From positions 27,714,001 to 27,778,000 of the forward strand of contig OX597826.1 of assembly GCA_951406725.2 (NCBI GenBank): 64,000 nucleotides of DNA. The letters run 5' to 3'. This stretch comes from Octopus vulgaris. Taxonomy: Eukaryota. The translations under genes and the position numbers were made by a program. This document shows, one piece after another, positions 41,250 to 56,316 of the stretch. How positions within the stretch are numbered: position 1 is the first letter of the stretch; every line of letters begins with the position of its first letter. The notes beneath the pieces were generated by a model. The model was given only the letters and a program-made list of their open reading frames with translations. It searched no databases and was not told where the DNA came from.

Positions 41250-41377
41250 CATATGTAGGAGTATGTATAGTCAATTCAGATAAACAATTAATTCAATAAA
41301 CGAGTGATAAAATTAGCGGATAACACGAGTAGTTGCACAAGAAATGGATTAGCTTGATGATTGGGGAAAAGTGAGAG

Positions 41378-41410
41378 TATGACGTTTCGAATATTGCTCT
41401 TCGTCGGAAA
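41378..41410 (-). ncRNA. Degenerate minimal hammerhead-like fold (U4C core)
   Basis: Minus strand reads TTT-CCGACGA-AGAGCAATATTC-GAAA-CG-TC-ATA. Stems I and II are weak. Confidence 0.4.
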
Positions 41411-41477
41411 AGAGAAAGGGAAACGACCAAAGAAGGAAAAGAAATCGCCAACAGTACTTGCGATGTTACGTTGCTTA

Positions 41478-41535
<58 letters not shown>

Positions 41536-41972
41536 TATATATATATTTGTTTTATGTATGTATGTATGTATGTATGTACGTACGTATGTCATTATTCAGG
41601 TTTATTTCAAAAAGTTCTTGCCAGTAGAGAAGAACCGGTTTCTAACCTAGATCCAAGGCTCCTTCATTGAAATGTCAACCTCAGTAATAGGGTATTTTTG
41701 TGTCTATGTATGTACGTATGTATATACGCATGTATGTATGGATGTATGAATGTACGCATATATGTATGTATGTATGTATGTATTATGTACGCATGTATAT
41801 GTGCAGATTTGTATGATTTGCTTTATGTATGTATTCTTATGCATATAGTTGCATATCTAGATATACTTATATATGTTTAAATGATAATCTTCTGGAAAGT
41901 TTTACAAATATTTACAGTTGTGCGTATGTATGTATACATTCATACATGCATACATACATTTATACATAAGCG

Positions 41973-42065
<93 letters not shown>

Positions 42066-42087
42066 CTTACCTTATATCATTTTGGGA

Positions 42088-42265
42088 AGGCGAACAGCTG
42101 GCAGAAACTTTAACACGCCGAACGGAACGCTTAGCGGTATTTCGTCTGCCTTTCCGTTCTGAGTTCAAATTCCGCCTAGTTCGACTTTGCCTTTCATTCT
42201 TTCGGGGTCGATAAATTAAGTACCAATAATGTACTGGGGTCGATAAATCGACTGGGCCTCTCCTA
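42088..42265 (+). mobile_element. SINE family A
   Basis: Matches the family A consensus. Confidence 0.8.
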
Positions 42266-42499
42266 AAAAATTTTATCATTTTCAGATTGATAAAAACTGC
42301 ACCAATCTGTCGCGGTGGATCGTCTTATAATACAGATTCCGATACATTGCGGAGAGACAGATTGACAGATAAACAGATATATAGAAATAGATAGATAAAT
42401 AGAAAGAGAGATAGAGTGTGTGTGTGTGTGTGTGTGTGAAAGAGGAGGAAAGGAGGGAAGCATGACAAAATAACCATAGTCTTGTTGGATTCTCAAAGT

Positions 42500-43270
42500 C
42501 ACATATTCAACTTCAACTAATAAATGGACAACAAGTGTACATTCTAAAACTAAAGATCTGGATGGCTAACCGATTTCAGAAATCCCATTCTTCCGTTAAC
42601 AATTAAGAATCACACGACTTCGAGTAAAATCTCCACAAAACTGATTCACCATTAAGAAGATATATTTTCGACCATCAAAGATATTATTAAGTTACTAATT
42701 ATTTCTCGTTTACTTTCCACAAACATTTCGTCGACCGACATTTTGCTGCACGTTGTATGAATATGTGGCTGCAGCAAAGGAGTCAGTTTGATAAAGCATT
42801 AAGTAGTTTAGGAAGCAGAACTGAAGATGTCTGGTGTTCTTGTACAGCAACTAAAGCAGGTCAGCTGGACAGATTGTCAATCCATACACTAACTCTTATA
42901 ATAAACGGAATATAGCTACACAGAACTAACAACATATCGCCATTTTAACGTCGACATTTCAACATAGAAGCAGACAAACAAGAACATGTATGTTATCGTA
43001 TTTAAACATCAGTGCTTTGCTTTCAATTAAGTAGTCCATCGCAGCGAAATTCAAGATGGAGTGATAATACAGAATTTGCCTATTTTCTACCTCTATAATT
43101 TTCTTTAATTTAGACATTATTGGAGGAGCATCAAGAGAACGTAAATAACCGGCTCTGTAGAATAACAAGCAACCAAGCGATAAATTGATAGTTTCGTATT
43201 TTGTCGCTAGTATTGTGATGTGGCCAAAATACTTAACTCTCAGATGGCCTCTACCAATCCTTCTAGTCGT
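42500..43270 (+). pseudogene. Heavily decayed PLE-type RT remnant
   Basis: Broken motifs resembling PKVH..RPI, LTNYFSF and the thumb region. No open frame. Confidence 0.35.
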
Positions 43271-44287
43271 TACGTACATATCTCTATCTAGTTAACTGTC
43301 TGTCGCTTTCTCCATCTCTATCTTAGTTCGTTTCTTTTTCTGCGTGTACGATCTATCTATCGATCTATTAATCTATCCATCTTATCTATCTTTCTATCTT
43401 TATACACACACACACACAAACACACATACGTATATGTATGCCGATATGTATGTATATATAGCAATTTCTCTAGCTAGCTATTTATAGTTTATATACGATA
43501 TTGATTAACCTACATTTCTATACAAGCACAAGAAGTTATTACTTTTCTCAGACATTTAACTACGGCCATACAATAGGAATGTTTTCAAAGCTTTCTTTCA
43601 TTATATCGGCCACAGTACATACTCTAGTTCAGTATATGTCGTTCTTTATTTGTCTAACCGCAAAGTAAGGGACAAAAAGAAAGACATAACATGGACATTA
43701 ACATTTTAGAACTATGTACATCGACCGAGACACACAAAACTGTCTCTAGTGGGGCTCCGACGATGGCGTGCAGTTATTTGATCTACTTAATTACCTGCTC
43801 CTGAATTCGCGCGTAATTTGCCGAATATTCTAGATATACACACATAACTAAACAAAAATAATTTTTTTATTCTCAAAAGCGGGATAATGCTAATAAAATA
43901 GCGTGAGCAGGATAAATTATCCATACGTTGTAGAAAAATACGTTACAGGCCAGCCATGACTATAATTTAATCTTTACCAGAATCAGTGAGATACAGTTTG
44001 AGACAAAGATGTACCCCTTGAAGTACAGGTGCAACTTGCTCGAGAGTCTTCTATGGAGAGTCTTCTGCTTTGCTGAATTCACTCACAAGATCTGAGTCGA
44101 CCCGAAGCGAAAGAAAATGATATTTGTGCCAAGGTACCCGCAGTCGGATAGAACTCAGCATCTAGTAGCTGCAATGAGTACCTGTTCATCAATCATTCGA
44201 CCATACAACGAGTACGAAAGCATGATAGATCGTTAGCTCCTACACGCATTTTTTTTTCTCTCCTTGTTTTTTTTTTTTTTCTGTGTA

Positions 44288-44325
44288 TCTTTCTGTCGAA
44301 GAGAGTAGGCTCGGAACGTAAAAGA
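44288..44325 (+). ncRNA. Degenerate or variant minimal hammerhead-like fold
   Basis: TCTTT-CTGTCGA-[A GAG AGTAGG CTC]-GGAA-CG-TA-AAAGA. Stem I is 5 bp and the stem III region is the palindrome ACGT, but there are two core deviations. Confidence 0.45.
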
Positions 44326-44422
44326 CTTTTTCTATTTCAATTCCTGAGCGCTATACTAATACATTTGTTTGTTTGTACTCCACCTGCCTTCGTCTTTTGT
44401 TTATTTTCGTAAACTTACCCGT

Positions 44423-44481
<59 letters not shown>

Positions 44482-45515
44482 ATATATGTATGTATGTATA
44501 AATATGCACATATATATGTACACAAATGCATACACACACGTACACACACACTCATATATACATATATAAGTGTGTGTGTGTGTGCGCGCGTATATACGTA
44601 TACATACACACATATACATACGAATCTCTATTTTTATACATCTGTATGTATAAACAGATGTGTGTGTATGTACGCATGTATATATGTATGTATTTTTGTA
44701 TATACATATACATATATACATATATATAAACATATATATACATAGACACACACACACATATATATATATGTGCACATTTAGTCCTTGCTAATTCCTTTAG
44801 ACGTTTCTGTTATAGGGACACCGTCAATCAAAGAATTAGACTGAAAAAATCTATCAGGACTACATCGAAAATAATAACAACAACAAGGAAAACACCAGTC
44901 AATGCTTTGTCAACAAAATTCCGTTTCCATAGCTTCCATTTCCGTTTCATCGTCAACAATAATCTCCGAAAGTGTGGAAAATACTGGGAGTAACCTCTGC
45001 CGCCCTGAGTTAGGATATGACGAAGTAAGCTATAAACATATTTGTTTATTACTGATATAGAAGAGGATGACGGTGGCAATGATGATGACGATGATGGTCA
45101 CGATGAAGGTGACGACGATGATCGTGATGATGGTGATGATGATGACGACGACGATCACGACGGCCATGACGATGATCATAATGAGGAGGACGATGCTGGT
45201 GTTGATGAGGAGAAGGATGAAGACGACGACGACGACGACGACGTTGATGATGATGTGATAATCATCTTGATGGTGACAATGCTGATGAAGATGCTGAACT
45301 CTTCGTTGAGATGTTCTTGTGTTGCATTGGACAAGTGAAGGGCCACGTCGCTGGATCTTCCCAAAGTCTTCCTGAGATTTTAATTATTATTCGGTCATGT
45401 TTAAGACTGTTTAGAATGTGGTCTTCATTTAATTCTCTGCATATTGAATAAGGATCTTTTTAGAGCTTCTTTTGACTGACTGTGAATTCCATTTCGTTCA
45501 GATCGGGAGCTGATT

Positions 45516-45747
45516 CTTATTTTTTTACTGCCCACAAGGGGCTACACACAGAGGGGATAAATAAGGACAGACAAACAGATTAAGTCGATTATATCGACCC
45601 CAGTGCGTAACTGGTACTTAATTTATCGACCCCGAAAGGATGAAAGACAAAGTCGACCTCGGCGGAATTTGAACTCAGAACGTAACGGCAGACGAAATAC
45701 GGCCACGCATTTCGCCCGGCGTGCTAACGTTTCTGCCAGCTCGCCGC
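45516..45747 (-). mobile_element. SINE family A
   Basis: Well-preserved copy of the same head, body and tail. Confidence 0.9.
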
Positions 45748-47543
45748 TAATTCTACCACACAGTATATTCGACTACACAGGACATAGGTCATCCTTCATA
45801 AGATCTGGGTTTTTACCTCAGCGGAGAGCGTTATTTTTTCGCATGAGACGAAAACCGCCACCTTGTATTTTCCAGCCTTTTTGTTTTTTTCCGTTGGATC
45901 TCTTCATTTTCTTTTTAAAAGCAAATTTGCTTAAACCTCCAAGCATCTGGTCCCCATCCTCATAAGTGGAAGGAACGGTACTGCTATGAGAGGTGTCCTT
46001 CCAGTCATTAGACGAAAGCTGCTATAATTGTTGCTATGTGTAACCCCTTGCCTTCGTTGGATGAGGCGAAGAGGGCAGTCTTTGGGGTTTTGTGGTTCGC
46101 TCCTTTATTACGAGGACGAGTTAATTTCATTTCCCGACTCGAGGTATGTGAATTGTCTCCTTAAAACCGAAAACTTGCATAATTCTTTGTTCTTATTTAT
46201 GTTTTGGGGGTTTTCTATGCAGAAAACTTTTTAATAGTTTGAATGTACGCTCTGTTCCTTGGCTGCTGAGCTCTAAAATCTTTTTGTCAGCACCTGTATA
46301 GGAGAAGCTTCAGTGTTGTTTTATGATATTTCTAAATTGGATAGAAAGCCTGAAATGTTGGAAGGAGACATTAGTTGTTATCTTCGAACTCAATCCTTAA
46401 CACGTAGCATATTGTATGGACTAAGGAGGGATGAAAGACAAAGTTGGGCAAACTGGGAATCGAAATCAGGATGTCAAGAACTGGAAAAAAATAAAACAAC
46501 GCAAGACATTTTTTAATGACTTTCACACATTTCCAGTAATTTTGTAAATTCTAAAAATTGCCAAGAATAATGAAGAATGCAGGACATAAGGTAGTACCAC
46601 CACAACCACCACCACCACGATGACCACTACGACCAGCGCTGTCACCGCTGCTACCACCGTCACTACTACTACTACTACTACAACAACCACCATCACCACT
46701 ACCACTATCACCACCATAACCACCAATACTACTAACATTACTGCTGCTGCTGTTCTCCATTTAGTATTACCAAGGCTACTGTTGCGGTCATCGTTGTTCT
46801 GACAATCTGCAGCAACGCAAAACGATTGCAAGACCATTCGACCTCAACAGATACCAACATTAAGTCCAACGATGACCATCACCACTACAATAAACCCGCT
46901 ATCATCATTGAAACAGTTTCCAATACCGCATTGCCAACTCATTTACATCATCATGTTAACCATGGCCATCACTAAAAATATATACAAGAAAGCAGCAATC
47001 ATACCCTTACTAGCGCAACCATCTATACCATCGCCACCACTTCGTAATAACTAGTAAAACCGAAAATAACAGCATGAATACTACCACCGTCACCACTACC
47101 ATCACAACCACCCTGACTATCAGTACAACAGCCGATCGACGTCTCCAACACAACCATCGTCACCACCCACACCGCTGATCGTCCGAATTGCCATCAAGAC
47201 TACCTCAGCCATCACCACCGCAAACGCCACTACCACACTAACCGCAATATTCATACTACCAACACCAACACCACCACCTCCACCACGAAAACTACTACGC
47301 AGCTCGTAGCTCCCCCACACACACGCACCAAAGAAAACACCACCACTACAATGGCCAGCACCAAGCCGCCCGCTCAGCACCGCCGCCAACCCTCGTCAGC
47401 CCACTCCTAACAACCAGGCATTTCAACTTTAACATATCTCGTGTTTCGCAAGCGAATAGCGCCTGCCAAGATGAGTGTATATATATGTGTGTCTGACATA
47501 CATACATATATACATATATACATATATACACACACACAAACCC

Positions 47544-47591
<48 letters not shown>

Positions 47592-47866
47592 GTATGTAAT
47601 ATATGTGCGCATGTATATATGTATATGTACATATATACATGTACCCATGTATCTATGTGTGTGTATTTATGTATATACATATATATATATATAAACATTT
47701 TGTAGAAATGTAAGAAAATATATATATATATCAATATTTAGATGTGTGTATATATATACACATATATAGATACCTACATATATGTTAAAATGTATACATA
47801 CATATATACATACAAACAAGTATATGTGTATATATATATATACATACATAAAAACAAGTATATGTG

Positions 47867-47913
<47 letters not shown>

Positions 47914-48514
47914 TTATATGAATATATATAAACTTATATAGATAAATATATATATATGTTTGTTTATTTGTATATTTGTATGTATGTATGTACACAGACA
48001 CCTCCCACACCGCTCACCGGCCATACGCAGTATAACAACGATATGAAACAGGCAACATAACCGACATGTTACACAGAAAATCTGATATTGTTACTGACAA
48101 CTGTATATAATATGTGGGCTTAGTTGCAGGAATGGATGTATATATGTATATATGTGAGGATGTATATATATCAGTATGAATGTTTGTATGTGTGCATGTA
48201 TGGATGTCTGTATATTTAAGTATGTACGTATATAAATCTGCCTATATACATATATGTGTGTGTATGTACGTTTGTGTCTGTAGGTATCTATATATAGATA
48301 TATAGATATATGTATGTATGTATATATGTATACATATATATATATGCATATATATATATATTATAAACATATATATTAATATATATATATATATATATAT
48401 ATATGCAAATGTCTATATATGTGAACCGTCTATATATGTATATATATATAATGTCCATATCCTTATATATGCATACACACGCACACATATGCATATACAT
48501 ATATATACACACAA

Positions 48515-48590
<76 letters not shown>

Positions 48591-48870
48591 GTGTGTTTGT
48601 GTGTTTGTGTGCGCATGCTTATCTGTGTGTATATACGTGTATATTTAATCGTTTCATTTAGTTTCTTTCCTGAACTTCGTTAAAGAATCAAATATACAGA
48701 GTGAGGCTTGTGTCACTAAACATTTTGTGTCTCGCCTCTAAAACCTCTGGGCATCGCCCATGTATTTTCTCAATAGCATACCGCAAGCAACTGGCTTTTC
48801 TAAGTATCACCGCTAAAGCTTTCAACCACGAAAGCTGGTTTTCCTCTGTAAAATATGCTTGCGACTGAGA

Positions 48871-49258
48871 GCGGCGAGCTGGTAGAATCGTTAGCACGCC
48901 GGCCAAAACGCTAAGCGGTATTTCGTCTCCCGTTACATTCCGAGTTCAAATTCCGCCGAGGTCGACTTTGCCTTTCATCCTTTCGCACTGGTGTCGATAT
49001 AATCGACTTAATCCCTTTGTCTGTCCTTGTTTGTCCTCTCTGTGTTTAGCCCCTTGTGGGTAGTAAAGAAATAGGTATTTCGTCTGCCGCTACGTTCTGA
49101 GCTCAAATTCCGCCGAGGTTGACTTTGCCTTTCATCCTTTCGGGGTTCGCTTAAATAAGTACCAGTTACGCACTGGGGTCGATATAATCGACTTAATCCG
49201 CTTGTCTGTCCTTGTTTGTTTCCTCTATGCTTAGCCCCTCTGGGCAATAAGGAAATAA
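48871..49258 (+). mobile_element. SINE family A, dimeric copy
   Basis: Head at 48871; the body and tail repeat from about 49075. Confidence 0.9.
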
Positions 49259-49772
49259 ATGTGTGTTTGTGAGGGTGGACGTATAGGTTTTAGCTAGATT
49301 CGTCAATGGTAATCTGCAATATGGTGCTATACACGATTGCCTAAGATTAAAGAAGAAATATATGAAACATGTATTACTTTCCGCATATTCTTCCCTTCAC
49401 TTAACTTCAAATGCAAACATGCGATCCCGCCAAATATTATGGAGAAATTATTATCTACCTTGTACGAAATGTCAGCTAGGGGACTCGGCGTATTCTGATA
49501 TCGACTCTGGCAGAAAACTCAAAATATAACATACTGAGGCTTTCACATAGTAACGCAGTCAGAAGTGTGTGTGTGTGTGTGTTTGTGCGTGTGCGTGTGT
49601 GTGTGTGTGCGCGCTCGTGTGTGTGTGTGTGCGTGGGAGTGTGTGTGTCCGTTTATTATCTATGAATCAGTCAGACTGTCATTTTACCAACACATGCCCG
49701 TATGAACGCCTAAATATAGATATAAACGCGTGCACAATTATACAGATACATATGTGTGCATGCGAGCACACG

Positions 49773-49804
<32 letters not shown>

Positions 49805-50045
49805 TATATATATATATAGATAGATAGATAGATAGATAGATATACATATATATACATACATATATATAGAGAGAGATAGGTAGGTAGATAGATATAGATA
49901 CATACATACATAATACATACATACACACATACATACATACATACACATACATTACATACATAAAATCATACACGCATTGATTATTGTCTCCCACGATATG
50001 CATTTCCTTAAAGTGACATATTTTCCATCTAAAAACTTAAACACG

Positions 50046-50126
<81 letters not shown>

Positions 50127-50202
50127 AAAGCAAGACGTTTTCTCTGACTGTTGACCATTCTGTTGGTTTATACTCGTCCAGTTATGAATATTTATTCATT
50201 CT

Positions 50203-50495
50203 GCATTACCCAAGGCGGAGGTATTGTTTTCAGGGATGTTTGGCCTTGTGACTGGCACAAACCGATAAGATTTTGGGATTGATCCAGTACCGGACAAGGG
50301 TTCTGGATTATTTTTCCTGTTATATTTTACTTAATTTTTGAGAGCGGTCGGGCACATTTTTTAGTATTCTCATTTGTGAGAGCAGTCGAGTTCATTTCAA
50401 ATATTCTTAATTTAAAAATCATATCTGGCTAATCGTTGAAAGAAGATTGGTGCTGCCTCGGCGGGGGTTTGCGCTCTCTGAGTGCTCTTCTTGTT
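50203..50495 (+). mobile_element. Helentron/DINE-like non-autonomous element
   Basis: 5' ATTACCCAAGGCGGAGGTATTGTTTTC. 3' CCTCGGCGGGGGTTT then the hairpin GCGCTCTCTGAGTGC and TCTTCTTGTT. Confidence 0.45.
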
Positions 50496-50666
50496 ATTCA
50501 TATGCTTTCGTTCAGTTTCGTTCACTGCTTCACCATGGTGAATATAAAATGTATGTATGGTGGTGGTAATGGTGTTGATGTTGTTGTGGTGGTGGTGGTG
50601 ATGATGGTGGTGGTATGATTGGAGAATCTTTTGTCGTTTTGTTTGTGTCGGTGCGTGTGTTTTTTA

Positions 50667-50780
<114 letters not shown>

Positions 50781-51258
50781 TGTATGTGTGCGTGTGTTTA
50801 TGTGTGTCTGTGTGTGTGTATATATACATCTGCGTGTGAGTGCGTATGTGTGTATGATTGTGCGTGCCTGTGTGTGTGACTCTGTGTGTGTGACTCTGTG
50901 TGTGTCTGTGAGTGTTATCGATGGCGCTGTTGTGGGCGTTTTGGCATATAGTTTTTACAAATTGTCTTTTTATATACATAGAAGAATGTAGAAACATTAA
51001 TTTGTGTTAAATTACCTTTCTATCTGAGTGTTTGTGTTTGTGTGCGTGTGTATATGTGTGTGTGTACCATTAACATACGCGGCATGTATGTATATATATA
51101 TATATATGACTTTCACATGTATTTAGGTATACATATCATTGCGATGATATATACCTAAATACATGTGTGTGTGTATATGTATACGTATGTACATATGTAT
51201 ATATGCATATCTATATACATACATGCATTCATACATACACAGGTATACCTATATCTGT

Positions 51259-51292
<34 letters not shown>

Positions 51293-51912
51293 ATATATGT
51301 CTGCGTGAGTTTGTGTGTATCTTGATGTATGTATGTATGTATGTATGTATGTATGTATATATATATATATGTATGTATAGTGAAGTTTCCAAGACTGTAT
51401 GTCTATACAAATATATAACGCATTTAGCCATGCAAAGAAAAGCATAGAAACGCATCACCACTGTTGCTTAACAATCTATCTGTGAACGCTTAACTGCCCG
51501 TGTCGTCTGCCTTCATTTTCTCACGCTGTTCATGGGAATAATTTCCTGGTTTCTGTTTCATTTCCTAATTTGTTTTATTTTTCCACCCATCTTTTTGATG
51601 TTTACCTTTTATCATCCTCTTCTTTGTCTTCCATTTTGTATTTCCACGTACTTTTTATCATTTATCGTTTGTTTGATTCGGCTATTGCATTGCGGCCATA
51701 CTGTGGCAACATCTTGTTGCTTTTACAGTCGAACCAACTGACATAATTGGTTATTTTGTTTTTAAAAACTCGTACATATTTTATCAGTCTTTTATCCAAC
51801 AGTCGAGTTACAGGGACATAAACAAACGAACACCAGTTGTCAGCAATAGGACAAACACAAAGACACATAAACACATATATACGATATTTCCACGCAGTTA
51901 TTAATAGGCATA

Positions 51913-52125
51913 AAGGCGATGGGCAGACCGAATCGTTAGCACGCCGGACGACATACTTAACGGCATTTTGTCCGTCTCTATGTTCTGAGTTCAAATTCTG
52001 CCGAGGTCGACTTTGCCTTTCACCCTTTCGGAGTCGAAAAATAAGTACCAGTTACGCACTGGGGTTGATATAATCCCCTTACATCCTCCCTAGAAATTGC
52101 TGGCCTTGTGCCAATAATAGAAAGA
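51913..52125 (+). mobile_element. SINE family A
   Basis: Matches the family A consensus. Further partial copies at about 5027-5190, 39177-39277 and 54305-54445. Confidence 0.8.
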
Positions 52126-52170
52126 TTATTAATTGCCTTATTTGCTTCGAGAGTCACCGTTCCTAAAAAG

Positions 52171-52219
<49 letters not shown>

Positions 52220-52226
52220 ACGTGAG

Positions 52227-52265
<39 letters not shown>

Positions 52266-52266
52266 C

Positions 52267-52354
<88 letters not shown>

Positions 52355-52356
52355 CT

Positions 52357-52741
52357 GCTTGATCTATATTAATTTGTCAACGAAAAAATAGCAATATATT
52401 TAACACGTTCGAATATATTTGGATGTGAGAAAGCCTGTCACTGTAGAAAAAGTCCTTAGAGAAAATTTTCAAACATTACAGAGGTAGAGTAACGCCGATA
52501 ACTTAACTGTGTTTGCAAGCGTTGACCCCGTTATATTGCAGGTACTGTAATAACGGTCTCCTAAACGATGATTCTTCATGACTTCGTTCTGGTTAATCAG
52601 TTTCAGTTCCATCTCGGCTGAGGGGAAATTTTTCTCTAGAGACTATTTCTGCAGCGACAGGCATTCTCACGTCCGAATATATTCGAACGTGTTAAATATA
52701 TTGCTATTTTTTGTCCGTTGCCAAACGAACATAGATCAAGC
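52357..52741. repeat. Diverged inverted repeat (~115-bp arms); MITE or fold-back element
   Basis: GCTTGATCTAT..AAAATAGCAATATATTTAACACGTTCGAATATATT.. / ..AATATATTCGAACGTGTTAAATATATTGCTATTTT..ATAGATCAAGC. Confidence 0.8.
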
Positions 52742-53077
52742 GGGCATGTGACCAAAATTATTCCATCTGTGACCAACCCATTAATTAGCATTAATTAGCA
52801 TCTAACGTAACTCTAACATTCTAGCGAGCAGGATATAATCTGAGTCGTCTTCGAATCACACCAGATTCACTTAAAAATAAATGGTTGCTGTTTCTAGCAG
52901 TCGAATTAACCATATAATGGTTGTTGACAGCAATGAGAGATTACGTGACTCTTTATGGATACTGAACAGATAAAAAATAGTAATAAATGTAAGGTTCTTA
53001 CATTGGCTCATAATTCATTGTTTTTTCTTTTTCCTTTATTTTTATTAATATTTTAGCATTTATTTATTTATTATTCT

Positions 53078-53130
<53 letters not shown>

Positions 53131-53190
53131 TTACTATTACTACTACTACTACTACTAACAATAATAATAATAGTAATAATGATGATGATG

Positions 53191-53241
<51 letters not shown>

Positions 53242-53741
53242 CTATTATTATTGTTGTTTTTATTATCTTCATCATCATCATCATCTTCATCATCATCATT
53301 GCAAGTTACTGGATTCACCAAATTTTGTGTTTGTGAACACACACCAGCTCCCTTGAGAGAATGCGACAATTTTAACGCAACATCTGCAGCGCTGTTCGAA
53401 ATATGTTTTATGGAAGCAAAACACGAAATTTTGCGTTCGTTCAATTGAATCACTTTATTATCAAAAACTGGATCTCAGTCGCTATCAACAACGAACGCTC
53501 AGAAGCTCGAGCAAGTAAAACTATTTGTTCATTCATTAATTTAACGAGTAAATGGCTGAGAATTCCACAGACACAAGTATCTTTAACGGAATTCACAGCA
53601 AAACTCAGCATGATCCGAATCACTCGTAAGCTATTGGTTCATTTTCCGATTTATCTTTAGAATATTTTAAATACAGAGCCGATAATAGCAACCGATAATG
53701 GTAAATAGCTATTTCCCCCTCTCTCTCTCTCTCTCTCTCTC

Positions 53742-53777
<36 letters not shown>

Positions 53778-53838
53778 CTGGAGGTGCTCATGCATTGCGA
53801 TAGCCTTAGTGCTGAAACATATAAAAGAATATATGAAT

Positions 53839-54060
53839 ATACAGATAAGGAAATAATTTTATTCTCAAACGCAGGATAACGCTGATAATATAGCATGAAC
53901 AGGATAAACTATCCATATTTTGCAGAAAAATCTGTCGGCGGCCGGCCTTGAGACTCGAACTCACAAACGCATAAACACAGAGATGGATAGTTTATCCTGT
54001 TCATTCTATATTATTAGCATTGTCCTGCGTTTGAGAATAAAATCATTTCCTTATCTGTAT
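53839..54060. repeat. Inverted repeat (~80-bp arms) within a (TA)n-flanked element
   Basis: ATACAGATAAGGAAATAATTTTATTCTCAAACGCAGG... / ...CCTGCGTTTGAGAATAAAATCATTTCCTTATCTGTAT. A diverged single arm is present at about 43855-43940. Confidence 0.85.
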
Positions 54061-54148
54061 CTTTTAATACATCTCAACGCTTGTAAAGCAAACTTCGTTG
54101 ACTTTCAATGTAAGTTGAATTTAACAAACAAACACACAAGCACGCGAG

Positions 54149-54209
<61 letters not shown>

Positions 54210-54754
54210 TAGCTGGACCCGTAGAAAATTCACGGAAAACATAAAAAGTGTAAGCATCTGTAAACATTGTACTGGTGCCATAAGAAATACTTGTATATAA
54301 TGACTGGCTGTCTTTACGTTCTGAGTTCAAATTCTGTCGAGATCGATTTTGTCTTTCGTTCTTTCGGGGTCGATGAATTAAGTATTGGTTGTGTCCTAGG
54401 GTCAATCTAATCAAATGACCCCCTCCCCACAAAAAATTCAGGCCTAGAAAAGTATATTGTGACAGTTACAGAATATAGAAAGTAATGTAACACCAATGAC
54501 TATATAATCCAACCAAAATGTCTCAGTTAACACAAATGTAAACGGAATTTGTATTTAACCTTAAAATACATCGTACATATTCAAAGAATTTTAGTGTACA
54601 AATAGAAATTCAAAGGAACGAAATAATAAATAGATTTATGAATAAAAGTTTGGTAATTGTGTTTATTTCTACCACGCGACACATTATTGCAAACATATTT
54701 TAACTAACCTAAACTATACACACAGACAAATATATTCATATATACATGTCTCGA

Positions 54755-55207
54755 GTTGTAGCTGTAATTCAAAGGGGCCAGCCTTGTCCTATTCTGCGTG
54801 AAGCTGAATCTCTCTCAGAACTACCTTAATGTTATGCATATCTGTGGAGTACTCAGTCATTTGTGAGCTAATTTTATCCTCGTGTGGTAATGAAAAGTGA
54901 AATTGACATCCAATATTTGCCGTGTGCGTGTATCTAAAGCTCCACGCGGCTCGGGCAGGGACTGGTGGCAAACCCTGCTGTATTCTTTCACGACAAATTT
55001 CTTTCACTCTTTCTTCCTGTTTCTGCTGTACCTGTATTTCAAAGTGTACCTTGTCAAACTGTGTCACGCTGAATCTCCCCGAGAACTACGTGAAGGGTAC
55101 ACGTGTCTGTGGAGTGCTCAGCCACTTACACGCTAATTTTACGAGCAGGCTGTTCCGTTGATCGGCTCAACTGGAACCCGCATCGTTGCAACCGACGGAG
55201 TGCCACA
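54755..55207 (-). mobile_element. SINE-like repeat with internal duplication
   Basis: TTCAAAG..CCTTGTC..GCTGAATCTC..GAGAACTAC..TCTGTGGAGT.CTCAG.CA occurs at about 54768-54870 and again at about 55038-55138. Confidence 0.55.
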
Positions 55208-55606
55208 ATTGCCATTGTAGTTAGATTCTTTGACATTTCTAAAAAAATGAATTTCTATATTTTGGGAGGTAACGTAAAGGTAATAACGTTGTCATTGTCT
55301 CTTCATGTTTTCTTGTTTAGATTTATGTATGTGTGTTGTATGTCATAGTGACTGTGACAAAAACTAATTTATATTACTGAAGCATAGGTAGACGGCGCGA
55401 AAGTGCAATGATCGTATGTCATGTCACACGAAACAGATTTCCTACGTTGAATCTGTAAGCATATATGTGAATGTGATGTGTGTGTATCTATATGTGTTTA
55501 TGTGTCTGTGTGTGTATGCATGAACATATAATGTACATGCGTACCAAATATATATATATATATACATACATACATACATATTATCCACGCGTGCACACAC
55601 ACACAT

Positions 55607-55688
<82 letters not shown>

Positions 55689-55820
55689 AACTATAGGTGT
55701 GTGCCTGCATGTTGACATATACACATATATAGACACAACCATATATATATAGCATATATAGATAGTTAGATAGAGAGACAGACAGAAAGACAGACAGATA
55801 GATTGATAGATTAGTGGAGT

Positions 55821-55923
<103 letters not shown>

Positions 55924-56210
55924 GTCCATAAACACTTGTGTATGTATGAACGTTACTTTTAATAGGCAGAAGTTACAAAAGAGAATTAGAGGTGGAGATA
56001 TTTCTACATGTCAGTTATCATGCTGATGCCTCATCTGGGAGTTGCTTTTCTTACACGGAGCGGAATTACAATTATTTCTGCAGTGTTCGTTTCTATATTA
56101 AATCGAAGAACAACGCGATAAATACATATATTTCAAATAGGCTGTTCCAAAAGTAGTTTCAATACATCAACACCCCTTAATAAATAAATAAATGTACACA
56201 CACACACACA

Positions 56211-56247
<37 letters not shown>

Positions 56248-56316
56248 ATATAAAATAAATAATATACAACTATATGCATATATGCATCCATATATGTATA
56301 TACCTACATATATACA

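Noticed and set aside
41625-41675. Minus-strand TCAATGA..GAAACCGGTTC HHR-like string
   Set aside because: Core and stem I are too degenerate.
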